64,000 nt of DNA from Ruditapes philippinarum (taxonomy: Eukaryota), in contig NW_026865120.1 in the NCBI RefSeq assembly GCF_026571515.1, positions 1 to 64,000 on the forward strand. Reading direction: 5' to 3'. This document shows positions 39,801 through 52,699 of this stretch, piece after piece. The notes below the pieces were generated by a model. The model saw only the letters and a list, made by a program, of their open reading frames with translations, did no database searches and was not told the origin of the DNA. A program made the position numbers and the translations under genes. Numbering within the stretch: position 1 is the first letter of the stretch; each line of letters begins with the position of its first letter.

Positions 39801-40408
39801 TCATGCCCTTGAAGGATTGATTTTGAACCACAAAGTAGTGATAATTTACACTTGTGTAATTGCCACAGAGTATTAGCTAACATATAAATTTTGAGTATAA
39901 TGAATTGAGGCACGAATAAACTAGCAAATGATTAGATATACCATACATCATTGTTGTTTTTTCACTGTATATAATTTTCAAACAAAATCAAAAATATTGT
40001 TTTTGTAGTTCTCCTTGCTTTCAATGTATGTGAAACATGCGACATTCGTTAAATATAATGAAATGGAAAAACAAGAACTGCTTAAATTTTTGCTTTATCC
40101 CATTTGGACACAGAAACAATATGTGTAATTTCCTTCACCATGTAATTTGTTCGTTTAATGTTTATATATTTTTTAAAACTCGCATATTATGGAATAAAAA
40201 AACCAAAAATATGTTTTGCGTATAAAAAGAAATTCAAGAAAAAAGAAATTTGTTGTAATAAATAATAATACAATGTGAAACGATTTAGTTTAATATTCAA
40301 AACATAAAGTGTTAAAATCTTACCAGATTGTGCAGGTAATGTTGTTATGATAACAAAGAGTCCTATTATCCAAGCTTTAATATGATAATTCATTTTCATC
40401 ATTTTCAT
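30891..40408 (-). CDS. Uncharacterised type I membrane protein with two cadherin-like repeats, 566 aa
   Basis: 11 phase-consistent GT-AG exons (minus strand): 40408-40324, 38446-38366, 37260-37090, 36399-36321, 35899-35691, 35311-35141, 34543-34407, 33853-33682, 32845-32699, 32285-32190, 31243-30891 (1701 nt, no stops). It has a signal peptide (AWIIGLFVIITTLPAQSA), an N-domain (CCGIIIAWEMY..QVWR..YMLLGQN..IHVKPGDTIG), cadherin-like segments (IDSNTGEITV, YELTVEVYD, PIIFNSLP), a TM helix and a tail of about 120 aa. Confidence 0.85.
33945..34130 (+). mobile_element. Degenerate CORE-type SINE (intronic)
   Basis: ggcatggcctagcggttaa...gggcaag...ttgttccaggaacggat, same family as 38075-38270. Confidence 0.6.
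36745..36793 (-). mobile_element. SINE/LINE 3' tail fragment
   Basis: Reverse complement ggcgccatatgacctatactgtgttggtgcgccgtcaaacaaaccaaac matches the tail at 61470-61525. Confidence 0.6.
38075..38270 (+). mobile_element. tRNA-derived CORE-type SINE (intronic)
   Basis: ccgagtggttaacgcgtcggactag...gtttccttgagcaagaatctttacactaattgctcagtactggtttgttccagg. Confidence 0.8.
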
Positions 40409-43067
40409 TATGGGCGTTTTATAAGAATGACATTTTTTGCGGATTTTCAACCTTTATGTAAGACAAGTAAAAACAAATTAAAAAGCATTTTGTTATCAAG
40501 TTTAGTCCAAACTTTTTGTGCTTGTATAACTTGAATGATTGAGAAATGGCTTGAATCCTTCTGTCTTTACAAAATAGAATATTGAATCAATCTTTAACGT
40601 AAGAATAAGTTTATTTAAAGTGTATTTACTGTTGAAGTTATTTACCTCGGTTAAAATATTAACGGCGCGTTAGACTGGACATAGCAACGGAATGAAGTTA
40701 AGCGAATTTAAATGGCGTTTTAGTCAATGTCATTAAAGTTCAAACGCCCGCGAAGACATTAGTTAACTCGCAAAGCTGTTCTCTCTATATATTCAATACA
40801 TAAAAACATAAACAACTTTCCTCGTTGTAAAATCTTTGTATATCTATAATAACTATTTTGCATGAAAAGTACATTGGATATTTTCTTATGAATGAAAAGT
40901 GAAACAACTTCTTAAAAGTTAAAGTACACTTCTATTACCATTACTTTCATCGTTTAAGTGTTAACTTTTGATACATGTAGTATCCACCTACCAACGAAGC
41001 AGCAAACATAGATTTATTATGTTAATGTGACATGGTCATCAAAACTTAATGTAAGTCAGGCATACCATTATTTCCGTTTGTACGGTTTATAGAATATACT
41101 AACTTTTTTTCTCACTTCCAAAACTGGACAATGATGATATTTTACAAAGTAAAAAAACTTAAATAAATGAGTAAACTAAAATAATTATTAAGAACCAATT
41201 TTACCTAATGTAGCGCATTTTTCTCCTTCTTTTATTTAAATACAGGTGTCGCATATAATTTCTTTCTGGGTTATTATCGTACGATAGTCTATAATATGAT
41301 AAGATAGACTTTATTAATACAAAGGTAGCATGTCCACCGGACGATATATTTAAACAATGTATGTTTTCGATTCAGATTTAAGGTAAACCCCATTAGTATT
41401 TCAAAGATTGATTATATATCATGATATATTTTTGCAGTTGTTTTGTAAACTGTTCTTATGTAATGTAAAATTGTTGTGGTAACTTGGCGGTGAACATGCA
41501 TTTGTTTTTGCCAATAAAATATTTGACTTGATTTTATAAAAACAATAGAAATGTATCATTTGGACAATTTCATGTAATACTACTTGCGAAAAAGAAAACA
41601 TATTGATAAAGTTGTAAGTTATTTAGTATGAAAATTTATATGATCAATAATAATATTTTGTTCTAGATCAATTTATTATCAGCTATGTAACATTGGATCA
41701 TGTATCTCACACTTGCCAACATCATTCATATACATTGTACATAAATAATTATTTCGTTTTTAATTATTCAAATATACTCGTACCGTGAAATAAATGAAAT
41801 AATCTTATTTTGCGTGTGTATACTTTTCTAAATTGAAAATTGACGAGTAGTCAATGATCTTTTGTTCATCAATATAAATAAATATATGTCTACGGGGAAA
41901 TTATATATAAAGGGAGACAATTGGAATTCAATACAGTTGTACTTTCCCCTTCGTTGGTTCAGATAAAGATACAAGTGCGCATATAAATTATATACCACCA
42001 AATCGATATGCAAGACTTATTACGACACAGCGCCTGGCTGTGTATTAATTTTCTTATTTCTCTTAAATATATGATAAATTATGTTTTTCTTGGAGGCGGG
42101 GGGGGGTCTTTTGTTCTATATGTAAACTTGATGGATATGGGAGGGGGTTGCTTTTGTCCTTTATATTAATTCGATGGGGGATTTTGTTCTATGTGTAAAT
42201 TTGATTGGGGGCTTTTGTCCACTGTGTCATTTTAGATGAGGAGAGGCTTTTGTTCGGGAGGTGGTTGGGCTTTTGTCCGTATCCCACGAAAGGAAAAGTA
42301 ACTATGACTTACTGATATGTCAGAATTTGTGATGTCAAAACCAGCATAGTCAATGTTTTTCCCATTCAATGTCAATGAGTTATTAAAGACTGAGGACTGC
42401 AATGCACAATCAACAGATATGTCTGAACATAGTTATCAAAAAGAACAGAAGATAGTGGAATTATTAATTGACCATTAATTGACCATTAATAATTTCATAC
42501 AGAACTGTATTATTTTAATAAGTGATCAATAAAGATTGAAATTGGTGGGTTTTTAACACAATCACAATACAATTTGCAACAATGTTTAAACGATTATACA
42601 GTAATGTCTAGGCAAAATGAATATAATAATGAGTCATTAACAAGTACGGAAGAAAATGAGGTAATGCGCAGGAAAAAAATTTACATCATTTTCTGTCTGG
42701 ACAAACAGTTTCAATTAGTTTATCTGATTCAGTGCAAGAGCTGACAACAGGATATAAGATATATTATTAAATGATCGAATTAAAGCTGCAATCTCATTGG
42801 TTCAGGCAGTAGTCAACCTAACATTTTATAGAATAATATTCACTGGGTGAAGTATCATATTCACTAGCTGAATTGGATTGTCCCAGTCTAAAAATAGATT
42901 GAGACCCATATTCAATGACAATATATCGTAAAATGTTAATTACGCGTCCTTATTAAAAACAATTATGGCGTTTTGTTTTTATGGCATATTTCTCGATTAA
43001 AATACCATTACTGTTACAGTTAAAGGTATCAGGCACATAGACTAGTGGAAAGGTTGGTAAAGCTATC

Positions 43068-43590
43068 TGTCGCTTTTATTTCCCACTGTCATCTTTACCT
43101 GAAACTATTATTCTAGATCCACTGAGTCCTGATGAGTATACTTGGAAGCACTTAAAGATGTTTGACAGGGTCACTTTATTTCTTTATCATTCTTCTAATG
43201 CAGGTTTCTCTGATATCTCATTTGATGATTTTTTGACAAAGCTGGCTCTAACAATAGATGATTATTTGCTTGCTTTCCGTGTAGGTTTAACAAAAATTAA
43301 AATATTATGTGGAATGGGAAGCTGATATTGATCTTCAGTATAATATACTTGACCAATATGCATTGTGTCTTTTATCTCAAAAAAGAGGAGTCTAGAAAAG
43401 CTGAAAGTGTAAGGAGTCTAGAGAAACTGAAAGTGAGATTCGACAGCAAGTTTGTCACATTGGTAATCGCTTACTTTTAAGACTGGGTTAAGAAGCTGTT
43501 AGTCTGGTACTACAAATGCCCAGACGTTTACAAGAAATTTTGTTTTTTGTAGACACAAACAGTCCAGAAGCAAGAACTTCATTGTTGATT
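43068..43590 (+). pseudogene. Helitron/Helentron Rep-helicase remnant
   Basis: Frameshifted but ordered peptides CRFYFPLSSLPETIILDPL, SFDDFLTKLALTIDDYLLAFR, WEADIDLQY/ILDQYA, IRQQVCHIGN, EAVSLVLQMP and FVDTNSPEART. They resemble the region downstream of the Rep domain in Helentron RepHel proteins. Confidence 0.7.
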
Positions 43591-45254
43591 TTTTTAGATT
43601 TAAAAGAGCTTTTCCTGTTCACCAGACAAAGTTGGGATGGACAACACTTTGAAATGTTACATCCGGATACAAACAATTTAAAAGCACATCATCAAGCATG
43701 TCAATAAATAAAATTCCTTATATATTCTTAACTTAAAAACACACAAGGAATTGATAAAGATCAATGAGTCATCATTGTCATATACATGTAGTTCAAATAA
43801 TGATGTAACTATCAGATTCTCAGATAAATATCCGTTTGGATTTTACATTGATTTAGATAATGTTGACTGACCGAAATAAGATTTTAGATTCAGTTTTGCT
43901 GTTTTAGTTTATTGATCATGTATATTATTATGATTTTTATTTCACTTTTATAATTAAAATGCACCAATTTTGTATAAGCATCATCATCTACAGTAACCAG
44001 AACAAAGTCTGCCATTTCAACAAACATGACGATAGTGCCTTCAATTATATCGTGTTTATTTTTTGCCTTTGTAGTTAACGTTACAGAACATTTTTAAATT
44101 AGCAGAAATCAATAAGCTACATGATATCACATTTGAAAATAGACTGAACAAGCGCATGAAATGATTCTAGGACATTTGCCCTCGGATATTTGCCCCCCTC
44201 CCCCACTCTTTGCGGTGATGGACATCTCTTCCACGTATGTTTTTGAAAGGGCGGATATTTGCCCCCTTAAAATTTTTGAAGGGCGAACATCCCCCACCTG
44301 TGTAAAAATGTTTGTTCAGTAATCTTAAACAAGTGTCGGTCTTATTGCATGTATACGATTATCATTTTTATAGCTTTTGGTTTACAGATCTGCCGACTCG
44401 AGGGTTTTTTCGGGTAAATGAAAAAAAAATCTGCACAACAGAAGAAAAGGGAGAAGAAAAAAACCCACTTCATTCATATTTTTGCGACGAAATTCGCCGC
44501 AAGTTTATTTGAAATATTTATGTCGTTCAGGGATCTATATCACCTTTGAAATATGATATTATTTCATCACGGCTTAAATTACAGCCTTAACTTTATCTGT
44601 ATATGTATAAATTCGATAGTTTTTAAATTCCATTTGCGTAAAAAAATGTCACCCCCTTCCCCAACAACAACAAAAATGTCAAATACACGAGTAGTCACAC
44701 TCTAGTGGGGTAGAAATCATATGCAAGAACATTTTAATACAAACAATGCTATTTTAATATAAACAGTGCTTGTTTAAAAGTACTTACATCTTTATTTTTC
44801 AGATTTAGACTTAAAAGTGTTTTCTCACAACTTCCAATTAATAATATGTCAATAACTGACACGATGATTATCCAACTAAAATAGTTTCCCTCTTGAGCAA
44901 AAATTAAATATGTGCAATCGTTTCTTGAGAAAAAAATGGTGATGACATTTTTTGTCTGATCGATAAAAATGAAGTCAATTGAGTGTCGGCACTTCTTTGA
45001 TGATTCTGGTTAAACAGCAGGGACTACACGTGTGTTAACATCAAATTTGGATTATTTTGACACGCCGACTAGTCACTTGTCAGATATCTTTCCGTGTGAA
45101 AACTTCATGTTTCATTTATAAATGAATGCTATTTTGTTTTCACAAATGTGTTCTACCTGGGATAAAAGAAAGTTATATTTTGTCCCAGATTCTTAGTATG
45201 TATATACGGTGTTGTGAATATCCTTCTTTATTATGTATGTAAAGATGCAACTGA

Positions 45255-45487
45255 CGTTATATTATTATTATTATAAGCTCGTATATAGAAAACATTTGCG
45301 AAAATCCAAACATTTCATTGTTTAGAGATTTTTCATTTTACCATACAAATACAATTTATGTGAACGACATATGCTACATCAAAAAGATCGATATAGATAA
45401 TGCAAACATTAATCTTACATAGACTGTTGTTTTCAAATGAACGCTGCAATAAAATTTAAGGAGAAAGATTTGACATACGTTATATTA
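45255..45487. repeat. Tandem array unit 1 (about 225 bp), left of the Ngaro insertion
   Basis: ttataagctcgtatatagaaaacatt...gacatatgctacatc...ggagaaag-tttgacatacgttatatta. The same unit continues at 51661-52403. Confidence 0.85.
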
Positions 45488-45713
45488 TTCAAACATTACA
45501 ACTTGGGAATAAAAGAAAAGAGAAATCAGTCTAAAAACGTACTGGTATTTATTAACAAAAACGTGTTGGCATGAAAATGGCCATGGCTGGATAAAAGCAT
45601 TTTAATTATTTAACCTATTGAAATGTCTATGTGTTTCGATTTAAGACTACTAAATGTCTTTACTATAACTGTTTTTGCCCCGGCAACGGTTGCAAAAACG
45701 TGGTAGCACATGC
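45482..45713. repeat. Split direct repeat B2 (232 bp), copy of 46179-46410
   Basis: atattattcaaacattacaac...cgtggtagcacatgc is present twice. I saw no mismatch. Confidence 0.95.
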
Positions 45714-45937
45714 TTCAACTCAGGGTACACAGGTACAGATGATGAAATCACTTTACATGTCTGTTTTACAAATTGATCAGCTCCGATAACGGTCGCTGAG
45801 AATTATAAGCATTCTCCTTTTTCTATATCTTTCTGTTCCAGCCATGACGTGCTAATATAGTGTTATCTGAAAATATAAAGGGGAAAAAGCAAAAACAAAG
45901 AAAAACAATGAAATTGAACGGGTGGGTTTGTGGTGGG

Positions 45938-46184
45938 ATTCAAGATTTGAAATGTAAATTTTAGATTTTTTAAACGAACATAAACTAGTCTACCTCTTCT
46001 ATGGTGAGCCACGATTGAAAGACCGTTCCCAGAATTTGCTCTGCCTTATATATGACATATTCAAGTGTAAGTTGTCTCCCCTGACAACTCTTTTTGAGGC
46101 CCTACTGGGGTGTTATTATAAAAAATGTTAAGTTGTAAGATTTGAATAAAAGATTTAATCCTCTAGCGGATAAATCGAATATTA
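45938..46184. repeat. Split direct repeat A2 (247 bp), copy of 51420-51666
   Basis: attcaagatttgaaatg...gcggataaatcgaatatta is present twice. I saw one mismatch (ttttagattt vs ttttatattt). Confidence 0.95.
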
Positions 46185-46989
46185 TTCAAACATTACAACT
46201 TGGGAATAAAAGAAAAGAGAAATCAGTCTAAAAACGTACTGGTATTTATTAACAAAAACGTGTTGGCATGAAAATGGCCATGGCTGGATAAAAGCATTTT
46301 AATTATTTAACCTATTGAAATGTCTATGTGTTTCGATTTAAGACTACTAAATGTCTTTACTATAACTGTTTTTGCCCCGGCAACGGTTGCAAAAACGTGG
46401 TAGCACATGCCAAAAAGCCAACAAGCAAAGTGAAACATTTGACTGTGGGCTTCCGCCAAAGCGGGCTACCACAGCTACAATTTTGCCCTACCCAGCCATG
46501 GACGTGAATGTGTTGAGAGCGCCCGATATTGTATTCAATAAAACGTGGTTACCAAAGTCCGACAGATGTGTGCCATCCGGCCTATACAACCTAGGGTTTT
46601 CTGTAATATTCACGAATTCGAAAACCCAGCCAAACGCCGCCCCCGGCACCCTCCGTACACAGCCCCGGGGAATTCACCTAATGAAGTGTAATAGCGAACT
46701 CAATGTTTTCGGCCTTTTTTTTTTTTTTTTTTAATTAAATTGAAATAAAACAGTTATTTCTTTATAAGAAATTAATTAAATATCATTGTATGAATAATTC
46801 CATACAAAAATAAAGTAAATACACAAGTTTACGCAGAAAATAACCTTATTTATTATGGAAGATTCCACTACGTCTGTTTGAATTTTATTGATTTTCATTA
46901 TAAACAATTTGTTTTGTTTTTTTTAAATAATTTGCAATAGATATTAAACGAATATTGATAATTTTTAAAAACATCAATTTTTTTCACCT

Positions 46990-47549
46990 TAAACGGTTAA
47001 ATAATGATAGAAAAATAGAAATATCTCGTAACTGTGTTATGTACTTCATTTGGTGTAATTCCCCAGAGCTAAAAGGGCAACGTACCGGAAAACGGCACCC
47101 AGCTAGGTCCTCGAAAAGGTCAATCAGGGTAACGAATATAATAACCCCCGAGTTTAATAACAAATGTACTGATACAACTATTTATACGCATGCGGGTTTT
47201 ATTTGCAGTTTTGTTACATTGGACATATCTCCATGACCTTCTTGGTAATATCTGTAGTAACAGGCATTTTTTCCAGTAAAGTCCCTGTTATAAAGTTTTT
47301 GATGTCCCATATGATTTCAACTGAAGGTCGATTTCCTAAATCGTTCGCGCCACAGTGTAATATCAAAAAAAATGCGCATTTTTAAACTCAAGCAAGTATT
47401 CTATCGAAGGTTTTAAATCAGAAACTTCCATGCCCCCCTGATATTCCCATATAACATTATAACCAAGAAATTTAAGTCCTCACTTCTGCGGCATGCTGTT
47501 TGAAGGCATCCCTAATAAATGAAGAGCCTATAATCCAAACATCCGACAT
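46990..47549 (-). pseudogene. SGNH/GDSL-like hydrolase ORF of the Ngaro element (frameshifted)
   Basis: MSDVWIIGSSFIRDA (block I) and ILHCGANDLGN (block III, GxND), with GGYYIRYPD further on. Ngaro elements are known to carry an SGNH domain after the YR. Confidence 0.8.
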
Positions 47550-47621
47550 TTTACAGGCTGAAATAAGTTTGATTATATATTACCTATCCATTTAATATAT
47601 ATAATTATCAAGTAATGTTAT

Positions 47622-47870
47622 CAAAACACATGTCAGGCACATAATGCCAACTAGGTGTTATAAATTATTAAAGACACATAATATCAGGCACATAATGCCA
47701 ACTGGGTGTTATAATTATAAAAGACACATAATGTCAGGCACATAATGCCAACTGGGTGTTATAAATTATAAAAGACACATAATGTCAGGCACATAATGCC
47801 AACTGCTTGTTATACATTAACACATTTAAAAAACAATATCAGGCACATAATGCCAGGTACATAATGCCAA
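47622..47870. repeat. About 50-bp minisatellite inside the Ngaro element
   Basis: aaagacacataatgtcaggcacataatgccaactgggtgttataaattata is repeated about 4-5 times. Confidence 0.9.
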
Positions 47871-48020
47871 TAAATATAACCATCCTTTTATTACAACATC
47901 AAAAACTGCTCTACTAAATACATCAATGTGTATTAAGACCCGGTAACGGTTTCTTAATACAAATACATATTTTATTTAAATAGCCAAATTTTGGAAGTTA
48001 TTCCATGAAATTGTATAAAC

Positions 48021-48760
48021 TTATCGGATGTAGGATTTGTAAGCATAAGATCGCTAACGGCCTCTGTATTTTATATCATTGATAGCACAATCCTCACGGA
48101 ACATATTCGAAACCCCGCCGATTCGAAAAGAGTGTGCTTAAAATTCATTTTTTTCTCACCTTCAAGTTCATAGTCCTTTTTAATACTGAATTGAACTGAA
48201 AGGATGTTAAGGGACTTCCATCGAAATGGAAGAATAACGGCCCTTGCACGTTACTTCTAAAATGTAAGAACTCTTTCAGTTTTTCATAACAGAGTTTGGT
48301 CAGTTATCGGAATATCAATAGAAACATCCGACATATCTCTGGTCGTTTTTGGACATCTAAAATACAGTCTAATGAGATTTTGATTGATCGTTACATCATC
48401 TACATTTAAAAGTACCTTTTTTGATTTCTTTGAAGGCAATGCAAATTCGCTTATTCTTAACAGACCTATGTAGGCAAGACAGAAAGCATCAGAAAACATT
48501 AAACACTCATATTGTGATCTGCAAGCGTTAGGTAGGGCTGATTAAAGCTGGATCAGTACATTTTGTGTTATCGGGTGTCTTGTGTCATGCCTTTTCGATA
48601 ATCTACGGAACCCTTCTAGCATACTATTGACTATGAATTGTTTTGTATTGTCAACCAAATTGTTTTTTTATTAAAATAACTTATTGTTGAAACGTGAACA
48701 CCTACTGTTGAAAATGAGTATTGACGTAAAGACATGTATGCAATATATTCCGTTATATAT
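48021..48760 (-). pseudogene. Tyrosine recombinase of the Ngaro element (disrupted)
   Basis: ITEYIAYMS...STV...ISYF, MLEGFRR..DTRHPIT, AFCLAYIGLLRISEF, HSFRIGG and GR*RSYAYKSYIR*. The conserved Trp codon is now TAG. Confidence 0.9.
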
Positions 48761-48767
48761 AGTTATC

Positions 48768-49860
48768 TTACTTATCTACCCAATTTTTTTCTGTAAACAT
48801 AACATAACCATTGAATTTTTCAAAAAAAATGTTAGCCAAATATGTGCATCTTCTTTCATGCCTTGGTTGACTAATAAAATGGAACGGTTTCTTTACATAT
48901 GACATGGCGCCATAAAAACGTCTTTTAAAGGCACGGCCACTGGGAATTATAGCTTTCGATATAAAATTAAATAGACTGATTACAAGTAAGTGTTTGAGTC
49001 TAATCATATTAAGTTTTCTCACCCAAACGAGACTGTTTTCGCTTTCCTTATTTTTTCTAAAGGCATCTTAACCATTTGGTTGATTGAACCAATTTCAAGA
49101 CCCAGGTATGTTATAGTTATAACAGGTCCCATCCATTTTTCGACACCAAGTTCATTGCAAATTTTATCAAATGTTCGCATTAAATTCAAGCATTTATGAT
49201 TTTTCAAAAGATTTTTGCCATAAAAAAATCATATAGTACTGTAGGTGGTCAATGTAGTATGATTTTGATTCTTTAGACACAAGCCATTGTAAAAAACTTT
49301 GAAAAAAATTCAAAAATAAAACATGAACATGATGCGCCTTGTGGCAGCATTTTTTGAATTCAATATCCCTCCTCGGTTTTTATACCTAATAAATCAAAAT
49401 CACCTGGCCATATAAGGCATAAATTAAATGCAGAAATGTCAGCTTTTGCCATAAAAGCAGAACCCCCTATTTCTTGAACTATTACTGCATTTTCGAATTG
49501 TGAATATTGAACATGGCAAAATTCAGGATCGATAAATTCATTTATACTTTGCCTGGTGGGTATGAATGCTGAAAGCACCGTTTTGTTTTGGTACGAGACC
49601 TACGGGATTTATTCTCAGATAAGTAATTGGCCTTTTTTTAACGGTCCTAGGATTCGCCCAAGTATAAATTCGTCGTGAAGCTTTTTACTTAATAAGCATT
49701 TTTGATCAATTGCCGATTTGAGATTTTTGGAGAGAAAAAAAATAGGTATTCTTGGTCCCGTATATTCGAGTTTAAAACCAGTGCTGAATCCTTGTAAAAT
49801 GTAATTGGTATCATCCTTATTTGGGCATTGAAAGAGTTTATCAGCGAGAAACTAGATATT
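48768..49860 (-). pseudogene. Reverse transcriptase and truncated RNase H of the Ngaro element
   Basis: GRILGP, SINEFIDPEFCHVQYSQFENAV, FMAKADI, DFDLLGIK, ICNELGV..GPVITITYLGLEI and IIPSGRAFKRRFY, with many frameshifts. Confidence 0.88.
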
Positions 49861-50770
49861 AATTGGTGAAAACCCAAGGTCCCATAGGCACTCTTTGAGC
49901 TGGCAATATAAATACATAACGCGGTGTGAATTGCGCTGTTTGTTTATTTGCATAACAGTGTATTGAAGGGTGGTTACCAAAGCATTTGATGCAAACGTGT
50001 TTGTAAGTACATGATACATTTGTACAAAAGCCTTTGTTATTAAAGTCGTAACATTTTTTTGAATATTCAGAAGTGCCGGCTGGTTCAAGGACTGTATAGT
50101 CTGCATATATATCATCCACAATTCTGAGTCAATATTTTGCCACTTTATACCCAAATCGATTAATTTTTTAAGCCTAAATTACCTATCATACTCAAACCAT
50201 CCGACATTTCTTGATCAAGTTGATGCCGCTAAACGAATGTTTGCAAAATATTGTAATAGGTTATTGACTTATTCTGGATGTTTCATAATGAAAATACGCA
50301 TGTATACCACGAATGCATCTGACCAAATTTCTATTTTTTTATTTGTTTCGGGATGCTCTTGGGTACTCATTATAAGTTCCCCGTCAACAAGTTGAATCTT
50401 TTGTTTATTTTATATTTTCCAACATATTTTTCTTTGGCAACAAAGTGTGTAACTAAACTCTACAAATTGACTGTTCCATATTTTATCTCTAGTACTGACA
50501 GATACATGTGCGCCTAGCATTGTACCGGAACAAGTATTTATCATGATATTTTTTAACTTCACCTTTATTAGCCTCTTGATGATGAAGATCAACATCTACC
50601 GGAGGTCCGGATTGGCCATCCATTTCGTTTTCTTCACAGGGCTCCCTTACGGGTCTGTCAGCTGGAGGCATGGCTGTAGAAACAGACGTCCGAATGTTCC
50701 TCCTCTTATTGATTTGCTGTTGGAGCGTGTCTCGTGTATGGCCACGTTGTTGTCGATGTTTTAACATTGT
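49859..50770 (-). pseudogene. gag-like ORF of the Ngaro element with CCCH/CCHC zinc fingers (frameshifted)
   Basis: LGAHVSVSTRDKIWNSQFVEF, GIKWQNIDSELW and CYDFNNKGFCTNVSCTYKHVCIKCFGNHPSIHC. Confidence 0.85.
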
Positions 50771-51660
50771 TGAAAAATAAAATAATATAAATAAATAAAT
50801 TAAATAAATTATTATTATTATTATCAATTTTTCTTTTGGTGTATTTTATTTATTTCCTACTTTATATATTTAGATTCTAATTAGATCTACTCTTATCTTT
50901 ATTTTCTTAGCCTCGATGAAATGACGTCATAGGTATGATGTCACGCGCGTGGATTTCAATGAGACTGATAATTTTCCCGTTGGAAAACATGACCGGTCAT
51001 AATCGAGCCATATAATCAATATTGTATTTTTTACCGTTTTATAGCTATGCTCATTTATTCATTCATAAGATAATGCTCTAGATTTTAAGTATAGATCACG
51101 TGCTGAAACATCATATAAATATAGAATCTATAGGTTTTAAACTCAAGATCTAGATTTAAATCCAATTTTTTATTTATTTACTAATTATTTCAAAGAAACC
51201 GAGTGACTTTGACATATATTTTGTGTAAACAAGGCATCCAAAATTGATTTTTTTAGACTACTGTCCTTGAAGTGAACAACAGCTGGTCATCACCACGTGG
51301 TTATTAGATCTGGTCAAAGTTCTTATCTAATAAACCCCAAATATTAAAACAAATAATAATGAGCAGAAATATAAAATGTATCTTAATCTCCTGTGCGATT
51401 CTAAATAATATTCGTTGATATTCAAGATTTGAAATGTAAATTTTATATTTTTTAAACGAACATAAACTAGTCTACCTCTTCTATGGTGAGCCACGATTGA
51501 AAGACCGTTCCCAGAATTTGCTCTGCCTTATATATGACATATTCAAGTGTAAGTTGTCTCCCCTGACAACTCTTTTTGAGGCCCTACTGGGGTGTTATTA
51601 TAAAAAATGTTAAGTTGTAAGATTTGAATAAAAGATTTAATCCTCTAGCGGATAAATCGA

Positions 51661-52403
51661 ATATTATATTATTACATGTATTATAAGCTCGTATATAGAA
51701 AACATTAGCGAAATTTCAAATATTTTATTGAATTTTACCATACAAATACAATTAATTTGAACGACATATGCTACATCAAACAGATCGATATAGATAATGC
51801 AAACATTAATCTTACATAGACTGTTGTTTTCAAATGAACACTGCAATAAAATTTAAGGAGAAAGGTTTGACATACGTTATATTATTATTATTATAAGCTC
51901 CAATATAGAAAACATTTGTGAAAATCGAAACATTCCATTGTTTAAAATTGTTTCAATTTTACCATATAAACACAATGTATGTGAACGACATATGCAACAT
52001 CAAACAGATCGATACAGATAATGCAAACGTTAAACCTGTAAATGTTTTCAACGATCAGTCATAAATCGTTTGGCAGACTGTAAATTCTGTTGCTTTCAAA
52101 TGAACGCTGCAATAAAATTTAAGGAGAAACGTTTGACATACGTTATATTATTATTATAAACTCCCATGTAGAAAATATTTGCGAACATCCAAACATTTCA
52201 TTGTTTAAAATTGTTACATTGTACCATATAAACACAATTAATGTGAACAACATATGCTACACCAAAAAGATCGATATAGATAATGCAAACATTAAACCTG
52301 TAAATGTTTTCAACGATCAGTCATAAATCTTCGAACAGACTGTAAATTCTGTTGCTTTCAAATGAACGCTGCAATACAATATAAGGAGAAAAGTTTGACA
52401 TAC
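51661..52403. repeat. Tandem array units 2-4 (about 217-266 bp each), right of the Ngaro insertion
   Basis: The unit boundary gacatacgttatattatt recurs near 51869 and 52136, and gacatac near 52397. Units 3-4 carry an extra block of about 40 bp. Confidence 0.88.
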
Positions 52404-52699
52404 ATTTTGTTATGAAGTCGTACAGATTTCCAAACGTCCAGATAAGCTTTTGAGCTTAATTATACAGAAATAGAACAGAACAGAACATTGCATTGGCATT
52501 AAATATAAGCAATATGTATAGCCATATCAATATGAGCATGTATAGTGGACAAGAAGAACAAATATTAAACAATTTTAATTAAGATTAAACAATTAAGATT
52601 AAACAAATATTTTCAAGTTGTTTATAGATATCTTAATTCTTAAATTGGAGTAGTTTCATTGTCTTTCTCTGAAAGCCAATTACCGGTATAAAAATCGAC

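Larger units (their letters stand above)
45482..51666 (-). mobile_element. Ngaro-type (DIRS order) tyrosine-recombinase retrotransposon, complete ends, degenerate ORFs
   Basis: Split direct repeats in element orientation: A1 (51666-51420) - gag - RT/RH - YR - SGNH - B1 (46410-46179) - A2 (46184-45938) - spacer - B2 (45713-45482). ATATTA occurs at both termini and at the B1/A2 junction. Confidence 0.92.

Noticed and set aside
42095-44300. ggggcttttgtcc (42.1-42.3 kb) and ggacatttgccc (44.2-44.3 kb) motif clusters
   Set aside because: Probably subterminal repeats of decayed non-autonomous DNA transposons. Ends and TSD could not be defined.
45482-46410. Exact duplications as assembly artefact or LTRs
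   Set aside because: The A1-ORFs-B1-A2-B2 order with a shared junction core is the expected Ngaro structure. No TG...CA ends or integrase.
47622-47870. CRISPR-like repeat array
   Set aside because: Units are head-to-tail without unique spacers, there are no cas genes, and the context is eukaryotic. It is a minisatellite.
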